DNA of 63,754 nt, the filler included, from Octopus bimaculoides (lineage: Eukaryota), in the NCBI RefSeq assembly GCF_001194135.2. It is 5 parts of 5 records of this genome, joined end to end, with 100 filler letters (N's around TTAATTAATTAA, not from the genome) between each part and the next. Parts side by side here need not be neighbours in the genome. Positions count along the whole stretch, not along the records: positions 47,993 to 63,754 come from NC_068981.1; 4 more parts are not named here. One strand, written 5' to 3'. Each line of letters opens with the position of its first letter. The stretch's first letter is position 1. Shown here piece after piece: positions 50,610 through 62,171 of the stretch. Below the pieces are notes generated by a model that did no database searches, was not told the origin of the DNA, and saw only the letters and a program-made list of their open reading frames with translations. The position numbers were made by a program, and so were the translations under genes.

Positions 50610-51817
50610 ATGATGATTGCCACTTCTTTACAGAAGAAGGCCGTCTCTGCAATTAATAAATACTGTCATCAGATGTTATATGACCAGCAAGTCCTTCTCT
50701 TGACAAACAAACTCTACTGCAGATCTTACAAACATTTTGAAGCAGAAAAGCGTCCGGGATTGTAGTTAAGTCCTGTCTACGAAGTGCTCATTTCAAGATA
50801 GATTGTTCAATTTTCCGAGCTTCAAATGCTTTACATCTATTGTAGATCATTTGTTTCCAAACCGATCGATCTTGCGTCACCTGCTCCCAGCCTTCAACTT
50901 CCACATTGAAAGCTTTAAGGCTGATTTTGACAGCATCCCTAAAACGTTTCTTAGGTTTATGTCTCGGACGTTTGCCACATTGCAACTCCCCGTAAAAGAA
51001 CTGCTTTAGCAACCTGCCATCCTACATCCTAGCACCTTGCTAGGATGTAGGATGGCAGGTTGCTTCTCCAATAGCATTTCTAAAATTCGCTTGCACCTTA
51101 GAGTCCCTTAATTNNNNNNNNNNNNNNNNNNNNNNNNNNNNNNNNNNNNNNNNNNNNCTGCAGTAAGGGCTTTTTATCCTCATCTGGGGCACCGAGGCAT
51201 TTTTGGTGCAACTTATTTTTATCTTCAAGAACTTTATTAATCTGTAGATAGTTTTCATCAAACCAGTCCCGATGTTTTCTGTTTCTGAGACCAAGAACTC
51301 CAACATTATAAATAGTGGTCTTAAACTGATCCCAAGTTCCATCAAATTCCGCTTCTCCAATAGCATTTCTAAAATTCGCTTGCACCTTAGAGTCCCTTAA
51401 TTTCGACACATCAACACGTTTAGGGACTTTTATTCCTCCAGATATTATTCTACGCATAATGCGGAGTTTGAATTTACCGCCTATGAGCAAATGGTCAGTC
51501 CCACATTCTGCACCTCACATGACTCGGACGGTGCAAACATCTGGAAGGTCTCGTTTACTGGTGATAAGATAATCAAGAATACGTCCATGTTTGGATCTTG
51601 GGTGTGTCCAGGTAGCTTTATGGATATCGTTCTGATGAAAAACAGTGTTGCAGATGATGAGATCAAGTTCAGTGCAGAGTTGAAGAAGATGGAAGCCATT
51701 AGCGTTCATTTTGCCCAAACCATGTCCAAACCATGGAGCCGTGGAATCAGTGTTGCTCGCTCGAAAAGGTTTTTCGAACGAGCAACACTGATTCCACAGC
51801 TCCATACTTTGAAATGA
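50610..51817 (-). pseudogene. RTE (BovB-like) LINE remnant: endonuclease segment joined to ORF C-terminus and (ATC) tail, RT core missing
   Basis: GHGLGKMNANGFHLLQLC...NTVFHQ...ATWTHPRSKHGRILDYLIT...CGTDHLLI (EN); LKQFFYGEL..GKRPRHKPKKRFRD...WEQVTQDRSVW; VCKICSRVCLSREGLAGH zinc finger. Confidence 0.85.
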
Positions 51818-52020
51818 CTAAACATGAACTGCTATTGGAACTTACATACCATGTACAGGAAGCTTTTTTACCACTTCTATACACAATTTTCCGCTAATAA
51901 TGGAACTGCAACTACTATATCTTTATATGTCATATTTCTACATTCATTCTCTTATTTCCCTCTATATTCTCTATCTCCTCCTTTTCCACAATAATTCGAA
52001 CTCAAATATTTTCTCACACC

Positions 52021-52068
52021 GTCCCTGATGAAGGGATATCCATAATATCCCAGAAACAGCTGTAAGAC
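52021..52068 (+). ncRNA. Minimal type I hammerhead ribozyme fold, probably degenerate (Penelope-type)
   Basis: CTGATGA 52025-31; stem II gggatat/atatccc; GAAA 52053-56; palindromic ACAGCTGT stem III; GUA triplet 52062-64; stem I gtc/gac. Mismatches at A52032/A52052 and C52024/A52065. Confidence 0.6.
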
Positions 52069-52159
52069 TATTTCATTATAAATGTCCTGAAAACTCCTCA
52101 CAACCTTGGATTTGTTATCTCAGTCTGTCTAATATATATATGTATATATATGTATACAT

Positions 52160-52263
<104 letters not shown>

Positions 52264-52466
52264 AATATGCATATGTGGGCACAGGACGCCATGAAACGTG
52301 TACAACAAAGAAGTACGAAACACGAATACATGGAACATAAACTATTTTTTCGAGCAACGAAAGACACAAATGGAAAACAAAACAAACATAATGAAAATGT
52401 AAAAAACAGTGTATGAAAATACACATATGGAAAAATACATATACATATTCTTATACATATTCTTTG

Positions 52467-52690
52467 AAATGAAAATGTTAAAAACAGTGTATGAAATTAC
52501 ACATATGGAAAAATACATATACATATTCTTATACATATTCGTTGACAATCGAATAAAGTTGAGGAGGAACTGACCTGGCCAGGTCAGTTCCTCCTCAACT
52601 TTATTCGATTGTCAACGAATATGTATAAGAATATGTATATGTATTTTTCCATATGTGTAATTTCATACACTGTTTTTTACATTTTCATTT
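52467..52690. repeat. 224-bp spacer-less palindrome (one mismatch)
   Basis: Centred on tgacctgg|ccaggtca (52578/52579); arms about 112 bp; preceded by a tandem duplicate of about 75 bp. Confidence 0.9.
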
Positions 52691-52709
52691 TAATATCAGN
52701 NNNNNNNNN

Positions 52710-53973
52710 AAAAAACTCTATACCACAAAAATAGGGATAATTTCGAAAGAGAATGAAAAATAAAAACTTTTACCAGTCTATACTCTGTACCATGGTTTCA
52801 AGTTATTTAGCAAGATAAAAATATACCTTGTTCGGCAACTATCTTCAGCAGAGTACCACGAACAAGCGTGTAAACACGAGTCATAGGGAAACACGATCCG
52901 CGTTTACACGCTTAATTCTTCAAAATTTACCGCGCATGTGCGCTTTAACTTATCGGAATTAAATATAAAACAAATGCCGATTTTCCTTCAGAAATTAGCC
53001 AAAAATATATTATCATTAATAAATCATAGGGCAGCAAAAAAAATTTTAGAAATTTAATTTACCACCAGNNNNNNNNNNNNNNNNNNNNNNNNNNNNNNNN
53101 NNNNNNNNNNNNNNNNNNNNNNNNNNNNNNNNNNNNNNNNNNNNNNNNNNNNNNNNNNNNNNNNNNNNNNNNNNNNNNNNNNNNNNNNNNNNNNNNNNNN
53201 NNNNNNNNNNNNNNNNNNNNNNNNNNNNNNNNNNNNNNNNNNNNNNNNNNNNNNNNNNNNNNNNNNNNNNNNNNNNNNNNNNNNNNNNNNNNNNNNNNNN
53301 NNNNNNNNNNNNNNNNNNNNNNNNNNNNNNNNNNNNNNNNNNNNNNNNNNNNNNNNNNNNNNNNNNNNNNNNNNNNNNNNNNNNNNNNNNNNNNNNNNNN
53401 NNNNNNNNNNNNNNNNNNNNNNNNNNNNNNNNNNNNNNNNNNNNNNNNNNNNNNNNNNNNNNNNNNNNNNNNNNNNNNNNNNNNNNNNNNNNNNNNNNNN
53501 NNNNNNNNNNNNNNNNNNNNNNNNNNNNNNNNNNNNNNNNNNNNNNNNNNNNNNNNNNNNNNNNNNNNNNNNNNNNNNNNNNNNNNNNNNNNNNNNNNNN
53601 NNNNNNNNNNNNNTACCACGAACAAGCGTGTAAACACGAGTCATAGAGAAACACGTGGTACTCTGCTGAAGATAGTTGCCGAACAAGGTATATTTTTATC
53701 TTGCTAAATAACTTGAAACCATGGTACAGAATATAGACTGGTAAAAGTTTTTATTTTTCATTCTCTTTCGAAATTATCCCTATTTTTGTGGTATAGAGTT
53801 TTTTGCTGCTCTTTCTAGCGGGTTAGATGTCCTATTATAGGCATATCTGTATTTTAATGAATAATATATATATATATAGTCTATTGACTAATTTTTATTC
53901 TCGCTGGACCACTGGTGGTAAATTAAATTTCTAAAATTTTTTTTGCTGCCCTATGATTTATTAATGATAATAT
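52710..53973. repeat. Nested direct and inverted repeat complex
   Basis: 52710-52860 is inverted at about 53654-53804 (one mismatch); 52854-52895 is directly repeated at 53614-53655; 53008-53069 is inverted at about 53912-53973. Confidence 0.85.
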
Positions 53974-54011
53974 GTTATATATACACACACATATATATAT
54001 ATACATATATA

Positions 54012-54200
54012 CATGATGATGGCCGTCCACTCGTGATCGAGGAAGGCCATTGCTTGCCCTTCAGGAACATTGTACGCTCTAGGACTAAATTATGTTTTGC
54101 ATTTGCGGCTGTTGGTGGCTAACGAGCCCTGCTCTTGACAAGCATACACGACTGCAAACATTGCAAACCAAGCTTTCCCCATTCACTACACCAGCAGTGC
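54012..54200 (-). mobile_element. RTE-clade LINE extreme 3' end
   Basis: GESLVCNVCSRVCLSRAGLVSHQ zinc finger, same type as at about 50700, followed by a catcatcat tail. Confidence 0.7.
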
Positions 54201-54207
54201 GCTTTCG

Positions 54208-54240
<33 letters not shown>

Positions 54241-55161
54241 CAGAAACCCGTGTTACGGAATCTACTAATTTCTGATTACGGCCTATAATATCACCTTTAC
54301 TGAAACTCGGGTAAAATCTGACAATTGAAAAACACTAAAATCACCACGTGCATACAATATTTTAATGTAATGGTATTTCAAAGAAATAACGTGATACTTT
54401 AATATGCTTGGCTGGTCGTATTGTTAAATTTAGGTTTCTGTTCTCTGTATGTTTTAGTTGCTTACAAACCACTAATTCTTAACATTTTTTTCTCTCTCAA
54501 GCTTTTTAAATTTTTATTACTCCCAACATTCCTGTCAACACCTAGTCACTACCTCCTTCTTCACGTTCACCGCCTGTGTCTCCTCCTCATTGTCATCTTA
54601 TATTTTCATTCTTTTAAATTCTTGCCAACGCCTATCCACTTCCTCGTTCATTCCATCTTGTTTTTGTGTCCATCAGTTCATATGACAACGTTTTCTATTG
54701 TTCTCAACATTTTTGCCAACACCTTATCGCTCCCACCCGTGTACCCAAAAGGTTTATTAATGCAAAAATTCCAGCTTGAGATAAATGACTCCATTTTGTT
54801 ACAGCCTATGTGGCAGTATGTCCTAAAGTTTATGCATTTATTCTTATAGTTCGCGCTATCAAAACTAGTCAGATTCATTATCTTATCGTTACTGGGTATT
54901 TTATTGGTGGCAACATGGATATATAATCTTTTCTTTATATCCAGCCTCTGACAGAACCCATTCTGGATAGCCAAGTTTGCATAGCTATGCAAACTTGCAT
55001 AGCTACAGAGTGTTTACAAAGTATCTGCTTGGATTTGTAAATCAATATCACTCTGTATTATATATGTGTGTGTGTGTGTGTGTGTGCGTGTGTGTGTATG
55101 TGTGTGTGTGTGCTTGCGCGCGTGTATTTATGTATGTATGTATCTATATCTATATGTTATA

Positions 55162-55196
<35 letters not shown>

Positions 55197-55685
55197 NNNN
55201 NNNNNNNNNNNNNNNNNNNNNNNNNNNNNNNNNNNNNNNNNNNNNNNNNNNNNNNNNNNNNNNNNNNNNNNNNNNNNNNNNNNNNNNNNNNNNNNNNNNN
55301 NNNNNNNNNNNNNNNNNNNNNNNNNNNNNNNNNNNNNNNNNNNNNNNNNNNNNNNNNNNNNNNNNNNNNNNNNNNNNNNNNNNNNNNNNNNNNNNNNNNN
55401 NNNNNNNNNNNNNNNNNNNNNNNNNNNNNNNNNNNNNNNNNNNNNNNNNNNNNNNNNNNNNNNNNNNNNNNNNNNNNNNNNNNNNNNNNNNNNNNNNNNN
55501 NNNNNNNNNNNNNNNNNNNNNNNNNNNNNNNNNNNNNNNNNNNNNNNNNNNNNNNNNNNNNNNNNNNNNNNNNNNNNNNNNNNNNNNNNNNNNNNNNNNN
55601 NNNNNNNNNCATGTATATATACATATAATATTATATTATATTACATAATATTATATATATATTATGTATATATTTGATAGTAGTT

Positions 55686-57470
55686 ATGCTCTATAGGCCA
55701 CCCCTAACTCCTTTACTACGCTTCAAGGAATGCCTCAACCGTATTAAGTGTTTCATCCATCAGTGTAATACTGTCAACATATTAATGATGAGGGACTTCT
55801 ACCTTCCCAGTGTTGATTGGTCCACAAACATCTTGAAACCAGGTTTTTCCACCACAACTCCTGATAAAGAAGCAATCGAATTGCTTTTTGATTTCATGGA
55901 TGATTTTCCTGACCCAACTCATTCTCGAACCAACAAGGTGTCACAAAAACACCTTGGACCTAATGTTCAGTAACCACATTGACACTATCCACAATACTGC
56001 AGTGGAAAAAAACACCACTACTCTCAGACCATGACATGGTTCTCTATGATCTGAGATTCTACCACCCAAAGATCAAATCCAATGACATCTCTCCGGCCCA
56101 TCGATTTGACACTATGGATCTTCATAACGCAGACTGGTATGCGATCAATCTTGATCTTTCACAAGTTGATTGGGCCTTCTCGCACGCACCTCTCCCCCGC
56201 TACCACCAACATAAACACATCATGGCAGACATTTGTAGATACTGTAACAAATATATGCCCAAAACATACTCCATTAAGATCAGCATACAAATCTAAGTGC
56301 AAAATCCCTAGAAATAGAAGAGCAATTATCAGAAAAATAAAAAGAACAAGGAAATCAATCAGCAACAATACACCAATTCGACTGTCATTACATCACTCGA
56401 ATCGAAAAAACACAGCCTCCAAAAAAGCATGATGACCATCATAAACAAACAAAGAGCAGCTGAAGAGAATTGGGCCATTGAGAAAATTGAACTCAATTCC
56501 AAAGTGTTCTTTTCATTTTCAAAAAACATAAAGATGCTGTTTCCAATGTTGGTCTTCTGGGTGATGAGAACAATGCTCTACATGATGATGCAAAGTCCAT
56601 GTGCGAGATACTGCAGAGACAATACTGCTCTGTTTTCAGTAACGCTAATACGGTTGATCTGACTAGTAACAGTGATGTAAACCCTCAACTAGCCATATCT
56701 GACATAACTTTTGGTGCTCCTGATATCCTAGCAGAAATAAATAAGATCGAGCACAACTCTGGCAGTAGGTCCCGATAAGTTTCCGGTCACTGTCCTGAAG
56801 ATGTCTCGACATCAAATTGCACCCCATGTTGCTGAGCTCTGGAGAAATTTACTTGATGCAGACTACATTCCTGATCATTTTCTTTCTCAGTCTGTCGTTC
56901 CAGTGTTCAAAAAGGGAAACAAATCTCTTGCAGTGAACTACCGTCCGATTTCACTCACCACTCATATGATTAAAGTATTTGAGAGGGTGGTGAGATCGTG
57001 AATAACACACTTCCTCGAAGACAACAATCTGCTGAACCCCAGCCTGCATGGTTTCCGTGGTGGCAGGGACTACTTGTCGCAGCTTCTGCACCATTTTGAT
57101 GACATCTTAAAAGCGTTGGGAGAAGGCTCCAACACTGACGTCATATATCTTGATTTCAGCAACGCATTTGACAGAGTGGACCACAAAATCCTGCTGAAGA
57201 AATTGTCCAACATTGGAGTCCGTGGAAAGGTGCTGCAGTGGATAAGTGTTTCCTGACGAACAGAGCCCAGCATGTGTTTGACGGAATACGATCCAGCTCA
57301 GCCAAAGTCAGTAGTGGTGTCCAACAAGGTACTGTGTTGAGTCCACCCTCTTCATTATCTACATCAATGACATAATAGACGTCATCAAACATTCTACATT
57401 GAAAATCTTTGCAGATGATTCCAAACCCCAGAAAGCCATAAACGGTATGGGAGACCGAGCATGCCTTCAG
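55686..57470 (+). pseudogene. CR1-clade LINE ORF2 (endonuclease plus reverse transcriptase), decayed
   Basis: YRPP...MMRDFYLPSVDW...SDHDMV (EN); VVPVFKKGNKSLAVNYRPISLT...HGFRGGR...VIYLDFSNAFDRVDHKILLKKL...SGVQQGTVL...KIFADDSK (RT); many frameshifts and stops. Confidence 0.9.
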
Positions 57471-57682
57471 AGTTATTTGAATAATTGGGGTTAGTATAAG
57501 TAGTAGAGGAGATTAAATTCTTGTAGTAAAGATTTAGTTTTCTATTGTGTATGGATAGATTAACACGCACGCATATACGTGTGTATATCTGCGTGTATAT
57601 ATGTGTATTTCTATGTTTTTATGTTTTTTCTTTGGTATATTTTGCATGCATATTTGTGCTCTTTTGTTTTTTGTTTGGGTGG

Positions 57683-57763
57683 ATCCGGTTTCACCAGTCC
57701 TCAGTCAAATCGTCCAACCCATGCTAGCATGGAAAGCGGACGTTAAACGATGATGATGATGAT
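57683..57763 (+). mobile_element. 5'-truncated RTE-tail SINE-like repeat
   Basis: atccggtttcaccagtcctcagtcaaatcgtccaacccatgctagcatggaaagcggacgttaaacgatgatgat. Confidence 0.75.
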
Positions 57764-58460
57764 ATANNNNNNNNNNNNNNNNNNNNNNNNNNNNNNNNNN
57801 NNNNNNNNNNNNNNNNNNNNNNNNNNNNNNNNNNNNNNNNNNNNNNNNNNNNNNNNNNNNNNNNNNNNNNNNNNNNNNNNNNNNNNNNNNNNNNNNNNNN
57901 NNNNNNNNNNNNNNNNNNNNNNNNNNNNNNNNNNNNNNNNNNNNNNNNNNNNNNNNNNNNNNNNNNNNNNNNNNNNNNNNNNNNNNNNNNNNNNNNNNNN
58001 NNNNNNNNNNNNNNNNNNNNNNNNNNNNNNNNNNNNNNNNNNNNNNNNNNNNNNNNNNNNNNNNNNNNNNNNNNNNNNNNNNNNNNNNNNNNNNNNNNNN
58101 NNNNNNNNNNNNNNNNNNNNNNNNNNNNNNNNNNNNNNNNNNNNNNNNNNNNNNNNNNNNNNNNNNNNNNNNNNNNNNNNNNNNNNNNNNNNNNNNNNNN
58201 NNNNNNNNNNNNNNNNNNNNNNNNNNNNNNNNNNNNNNNNNNNNNNNNNNNNNNNNNNNNNNNNNNNNNNNNNNNNNNNNNNNNNNNNNNNNNNNNNNNN
58301 NNNNNNNNNNNNNNNNNNNNNNNNNNNNNNNNNNNNNNNNNNNNNNNNNNNNNNNNNNNNNNNNNNNNNNNNNNNNNNNNNNNNNNNNNNNNNNNNNNNN
58401 NNNNNNNNNNNNNNNNNNNNNNNNNNNNNNNNNNNNNNNNNNNNNNNNNNNNNNNNNNNN

Positions 58461-58958
58461 ATCAAGAATATTAGAAGGATGATTGCTCTGCGCATGTATA
58501 TAAGTAATATTGCTATTAGGTTTATGGTATGGTTGATAAGCTGAAGTAGTGAGGTTAAAATTTACATCCAAGAAGTTAACAGAAGTGTGATCCTGCTCGA
58601 TGGTGATGGTAAGTCCATGGCTTTTGAAAAATTGTGTAATCTCTTCTGATATGTTTCGATTTTACGGTCGGAGGCATTTCGAACTACAAACAGAACATCA
58701 TCCCTATAGAGACCACCTTCAAATTCTGGGAGTTCTTCATGGAGTAGGTGTAGTAAATAAATCCCGACTAAGTCTGTGACTTCGGCTGAATCTTGCGCAC
58801 CCATTGGTATATCAAAGCAATCTGGTGTGTCCTTTCTAGTCCAAAATTTTCCTTGATGATGAATTATGGTCTTCCTCACCTCAAGTATAACTTTTATTTC
58901 CTTCATTGATAAGTTAGTCCTATTCTTTGCAAAAATAAGAGCCTTATTAAGTATAATA
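58461..58958 (-). pseudogene. Penelope-like element RT fragment, Naiad/Chlamys type
   Basis: LNKALIFAK...RKTIIHHQGKFWTRKD..CFDIPMGAQDSAEVTDLVGIYLL...GGLYRDDVL..., frameshift near 58625, then VNFLDVNFNL...YQPYHKPNSNITYIHAQSNHPSNIL; GLYRDD and SNHP are diagnostic of this PLE group. Confidence 0.85.
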
Positions 58959-60959
58959 GGACTTAAGTAGAATAGGACTTAAGTAGAATAGGACTAGATT
59001 GATAATAACTATCAATGTCAAATGCATTCACATTGATATGTCTGTTTTTTCTCTTTCGTCTCTCTTACTATTATTATTACTGTTATTTTTTCCCTTTTAG
59101 AACATGCTTATAAATATCCGATTTTTTCCCTATTACCCCATTTGTATTCTCCCTTATTGTATCTTATTTTACTTTACTTTATTTTATTAAACCTTTTTTG
59201 ATGTCCTTACAAAAATTCCTCACACTGAAGAAAATGGCAATGCATAAATTTAATTATAATTACTATGGTCATTCTTACATATTTATATTGTCCTTTGAAA
59301 CGCGCGTATGTATTGAATCCTATTTTGCATTAAATATAATTTTGATTCCACATATTTTTCTCCTCCATTTTTCTATAACTGTTTATGGTATATTTATACT
59401 TATAACAATATTTTTCAATTACTATTTTCATATTCTTATTGCTTGCTCTGGCTGTTTTTTTATGAATATGATGAATCTTTATTAGAAATCATTCTTTCTC
59501 TTTTTTTTAGACCTCTCAAAAAGTTTGAATTGTTCTCTTTTGAAAATATTTTTTCCTATATNNNNNNNNNNNNNNNNNNNNNNNNNNNNNNNNNNNNNNN
59601 NNNNNNNNNNNNNNNNNNNNNNNNNNNNNNNNNNNNNNNNNNNNNNNNNNNNNNNNNNNNNNNNNNNNNNNNNNNNNNNNNNNNNNNNNNNNNNNNNNNN
59701 NNNNNNNNNNNNNNNNNNNNNNNNNNNNNNNNNNNNNNNNNNNNNNNNNNNNNNNNNNNNNNNNNNNNNNNNNNNNNNNNNNNNNNNNNNNNNNNNNNNN
59801 NNNNNNNNNNNNNNNNNNNNNNNNNNNNNNNNNNNNNNNNNNNNNNNNNNNNNNNNNNNNNNNNNNNNNNNNNNNNNNNNATTTATAGGCTGAGCAAAGG
59901 GTGTACGTACGCTGCAATATGTATATATAAATCCGAAAATGAAACAAGAACGTAAAGGACGACAATGAAAACATACGGACAAATGGACGATACAAGGACG
60001 GACAGGAAAATCAGGACGGAACATTCGTGGCTTTCTATTCGTCAGTCAAGCTTCCAATTATCGCTACAGTTGCAGCCTGTTACACTTGAGACTGTTCAAA
60101 ATTGGTAGGCCCCAAAAATGTAAGCTAAGGGCAATAAATTTTTGGAAAGCGGGCGAATATGTGCGACAAAACGGACAAAAAAAAAAAACGAGAAAACGGA
60201 GAAAATGTTACACGATTACAAATACAATCAACAAGAATAACACCTTTGAGATGAAACCATGCAAGGCTGACAGCAATTACTGGCTCAGTACATTAAGCAG
60301 AGAACATAAAGCTAATGTGGACCATTAATTTTATCTCATTCATTTTAAACAGTCTGAGACCTACACATTTTAATAACAAACATTGTTTAACAACATTAAA
60401 ATGATAATAATAATACACAGCTTTCCCATAGATGTGAACATTTCTTCCAAAATCAGTGAATAGGAGGACAATTGCTTCGCAACGTACAGCTTTCATTATA
60501 CAACCAAACGGGATTCATAAACCAGGAATTAAGACACCTATTATTTATCTATCTTTATTTTTTACATGTTTCAGTCATTCGGTTGCAGTCTTGCTGCAGC
60601 ACTACCTTGAAGAGTTTAAGACTAACAAATCGCCCACAGTAATTACTTTATAAATCTAGACCTTATTTTATCAGCCCCTGTCATCGAACCGCTACGGGGT
60701 CGTAAACAAACCAACACTGGTTGTCAAGTGGTGGCGGGAAAACGCAGACACGAGTGCACACACTCACACACATATATGAGGAGCTTCCACACAGTTTCTA
60801 TTTACCATGTTCACTCACAAGGTATTGGTCGGTATAGGACTATAATACGAGACGCATGCTCAAGGTGTAGCGTAGGAAGATTAAACTTCACACCACTTCG
60901 TTGAAAAGCGACTTTGTAAAACATACAGCCATGCCTGCGCATATTTATGTATATATTGG

Positions 60960-61132
60960 TTTCAAATTTTGGCACAAGGCTAACACTTTCGAGGAACTGG
61001 AACTTATTTTATCGACCTCGAAAGGATGAAAGGTAAAGTCAACCTCGACGGAATTTGAACTCAGAACGTAAAGTCGGACGAAATGCCGCTAAGCATTTTG
61101 CCCGGCGTGTTAACAATTCTGCTTGCAGGCCA
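60960..61132 (-). mobile_element. SINE family 2 copy
   Basis: ggcacaaggc...tcgaaaggatgaaaggtaaagtcaacctcgacggaatttgaactcagaacgta...gctaagcattttgcccggcgtg. Confidence 0.85.
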
Positions 61133-61151
61133 CCGTCTATTTATATCTATA

Positions 61152-61955
61152 CAGTAGAACCTCGCAGTACAAGTACACCATTGTACGAGTAATTTGCTGT
61201 ACATGCCAAGGCTCGTGTGAATTTTTGTCTTGAAGTATGAGCGGAAATCCGCAGTACGAGCGAATTTCATATAAGCGACTGCTACTCGGCGCTGAGCTCG
61301 CACACCTCCCAACAAATGCAGCCTCCGCTCGCTCAGATCACGTGTGGCAGTATCTCTGTTGTTTTTCCTCAGTGTTTTTATTCGGTTTTGTGCATTTTTG
61401 TTATTATTTTATAATAATTAGTTGTGTTAGACATGGCTCTCAAAAAGGTTAATACAAAGGACAGTGCTGAGAAGAAGAAAAAGCTGATTACGATAGAATT
61501 GAAGATGGAAATCATTGATAAACTTGAGAGAGGAGTGAGTGTAGTGGACATAGTACGACCAAAAGCATAGTACAACCAAAGCACGTCGACGATCTGGACC
61601 ATCCTGAAGAAAAAGGATGAGATCGAGGCAAAAGGTGTCTCCAGGCTCTCTAAGCAACGCACATCTGTCCACGAAGAGGTGGAAAAATTGCTTTTCCTGT
61701 GGATCAACAAGAAGCAACTTGCAGGGGACACGATTACGGAGACTATCATCTGCTAGAAAGCACGAGCGCTGTATAGAGATCTCCTGAAGCAGAACCCTGG
61801 AACAACGACAGAGGAGACATCAGTAGACGCATTTAAGGCTAGTCACGCTGGTTCGATAGTTTCAAGAAGACGACTGTTGTTCATAGCGTCGTCAGGTGTG
61901 GAGAAGCAACGAGTTCTGACATGGAGGCAGATGAGGATTTCGTGCATAAATTTTT
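61152..61955 (+). mobile_element. Tigger/pogo DNA transposon, 5' part with decayed CENP-B-like transposase (ATG 61433)
   Basis: TA|cagtagaacctcg terminus; MALKKVNTKDSAEKKKKLITIELKMEIIDKLERG...STIWTILKKKDEI...EEVEKLLFLWINKKQLAGDTITETIIC*KARALY...FKASH/GWFDSFKK...HSVVRCGEA; 3' half absent. Confidence 0.9.
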
Positions 61956-62099
61956 TGAGGGCTGCTTTTTCATACTTTTCATTTGTTTAAAATTATAAAA
62001 TTGTAGACTATTACTTTATTGTCACTTATGAATTTTAAATTTATTTTGAAACATGTTTTAGACAGTTTTATTTTGAAATTAAATACAATATTTCAAGAG

Positions 62100-62171
62100 A
62101 GTATCAAGCAGACCGCAAGTTAAAAGTCTTCGGGCCGCATGCGGTCTGCGTTATCAGGTTGGCCAGCCCTG
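62100..62171. mobile_element. hAT-type MITE end
   Basis: cgggccgcatgcggtc...gttggccagccctg (CAGGGCTGGCCAAC-type TIR); another possible end gggcaccactg at about 62934-62944. Confidence 0.45.

Noticed and set aside
50645-50675. Minus-strand CTGATGA...GAGAC as a hammerhead
   Set aside because: Lies at the end of the RTE zinc-finger coding region (GHITSDD), and GAAA is absent.
54421-54992. ORFs of 142 aa (+) and 104 aa (-)
   Set aside because: Strand-biased purine/pyrimidine composition explains the open frames; no domain recognised.
59940-60050. Minus-strand CTGACGAataGAAA as a hammerhead
   Set aside because: No stem II (3 nt between core halves); more likely part of a dispersed T-rich terminal repeat.
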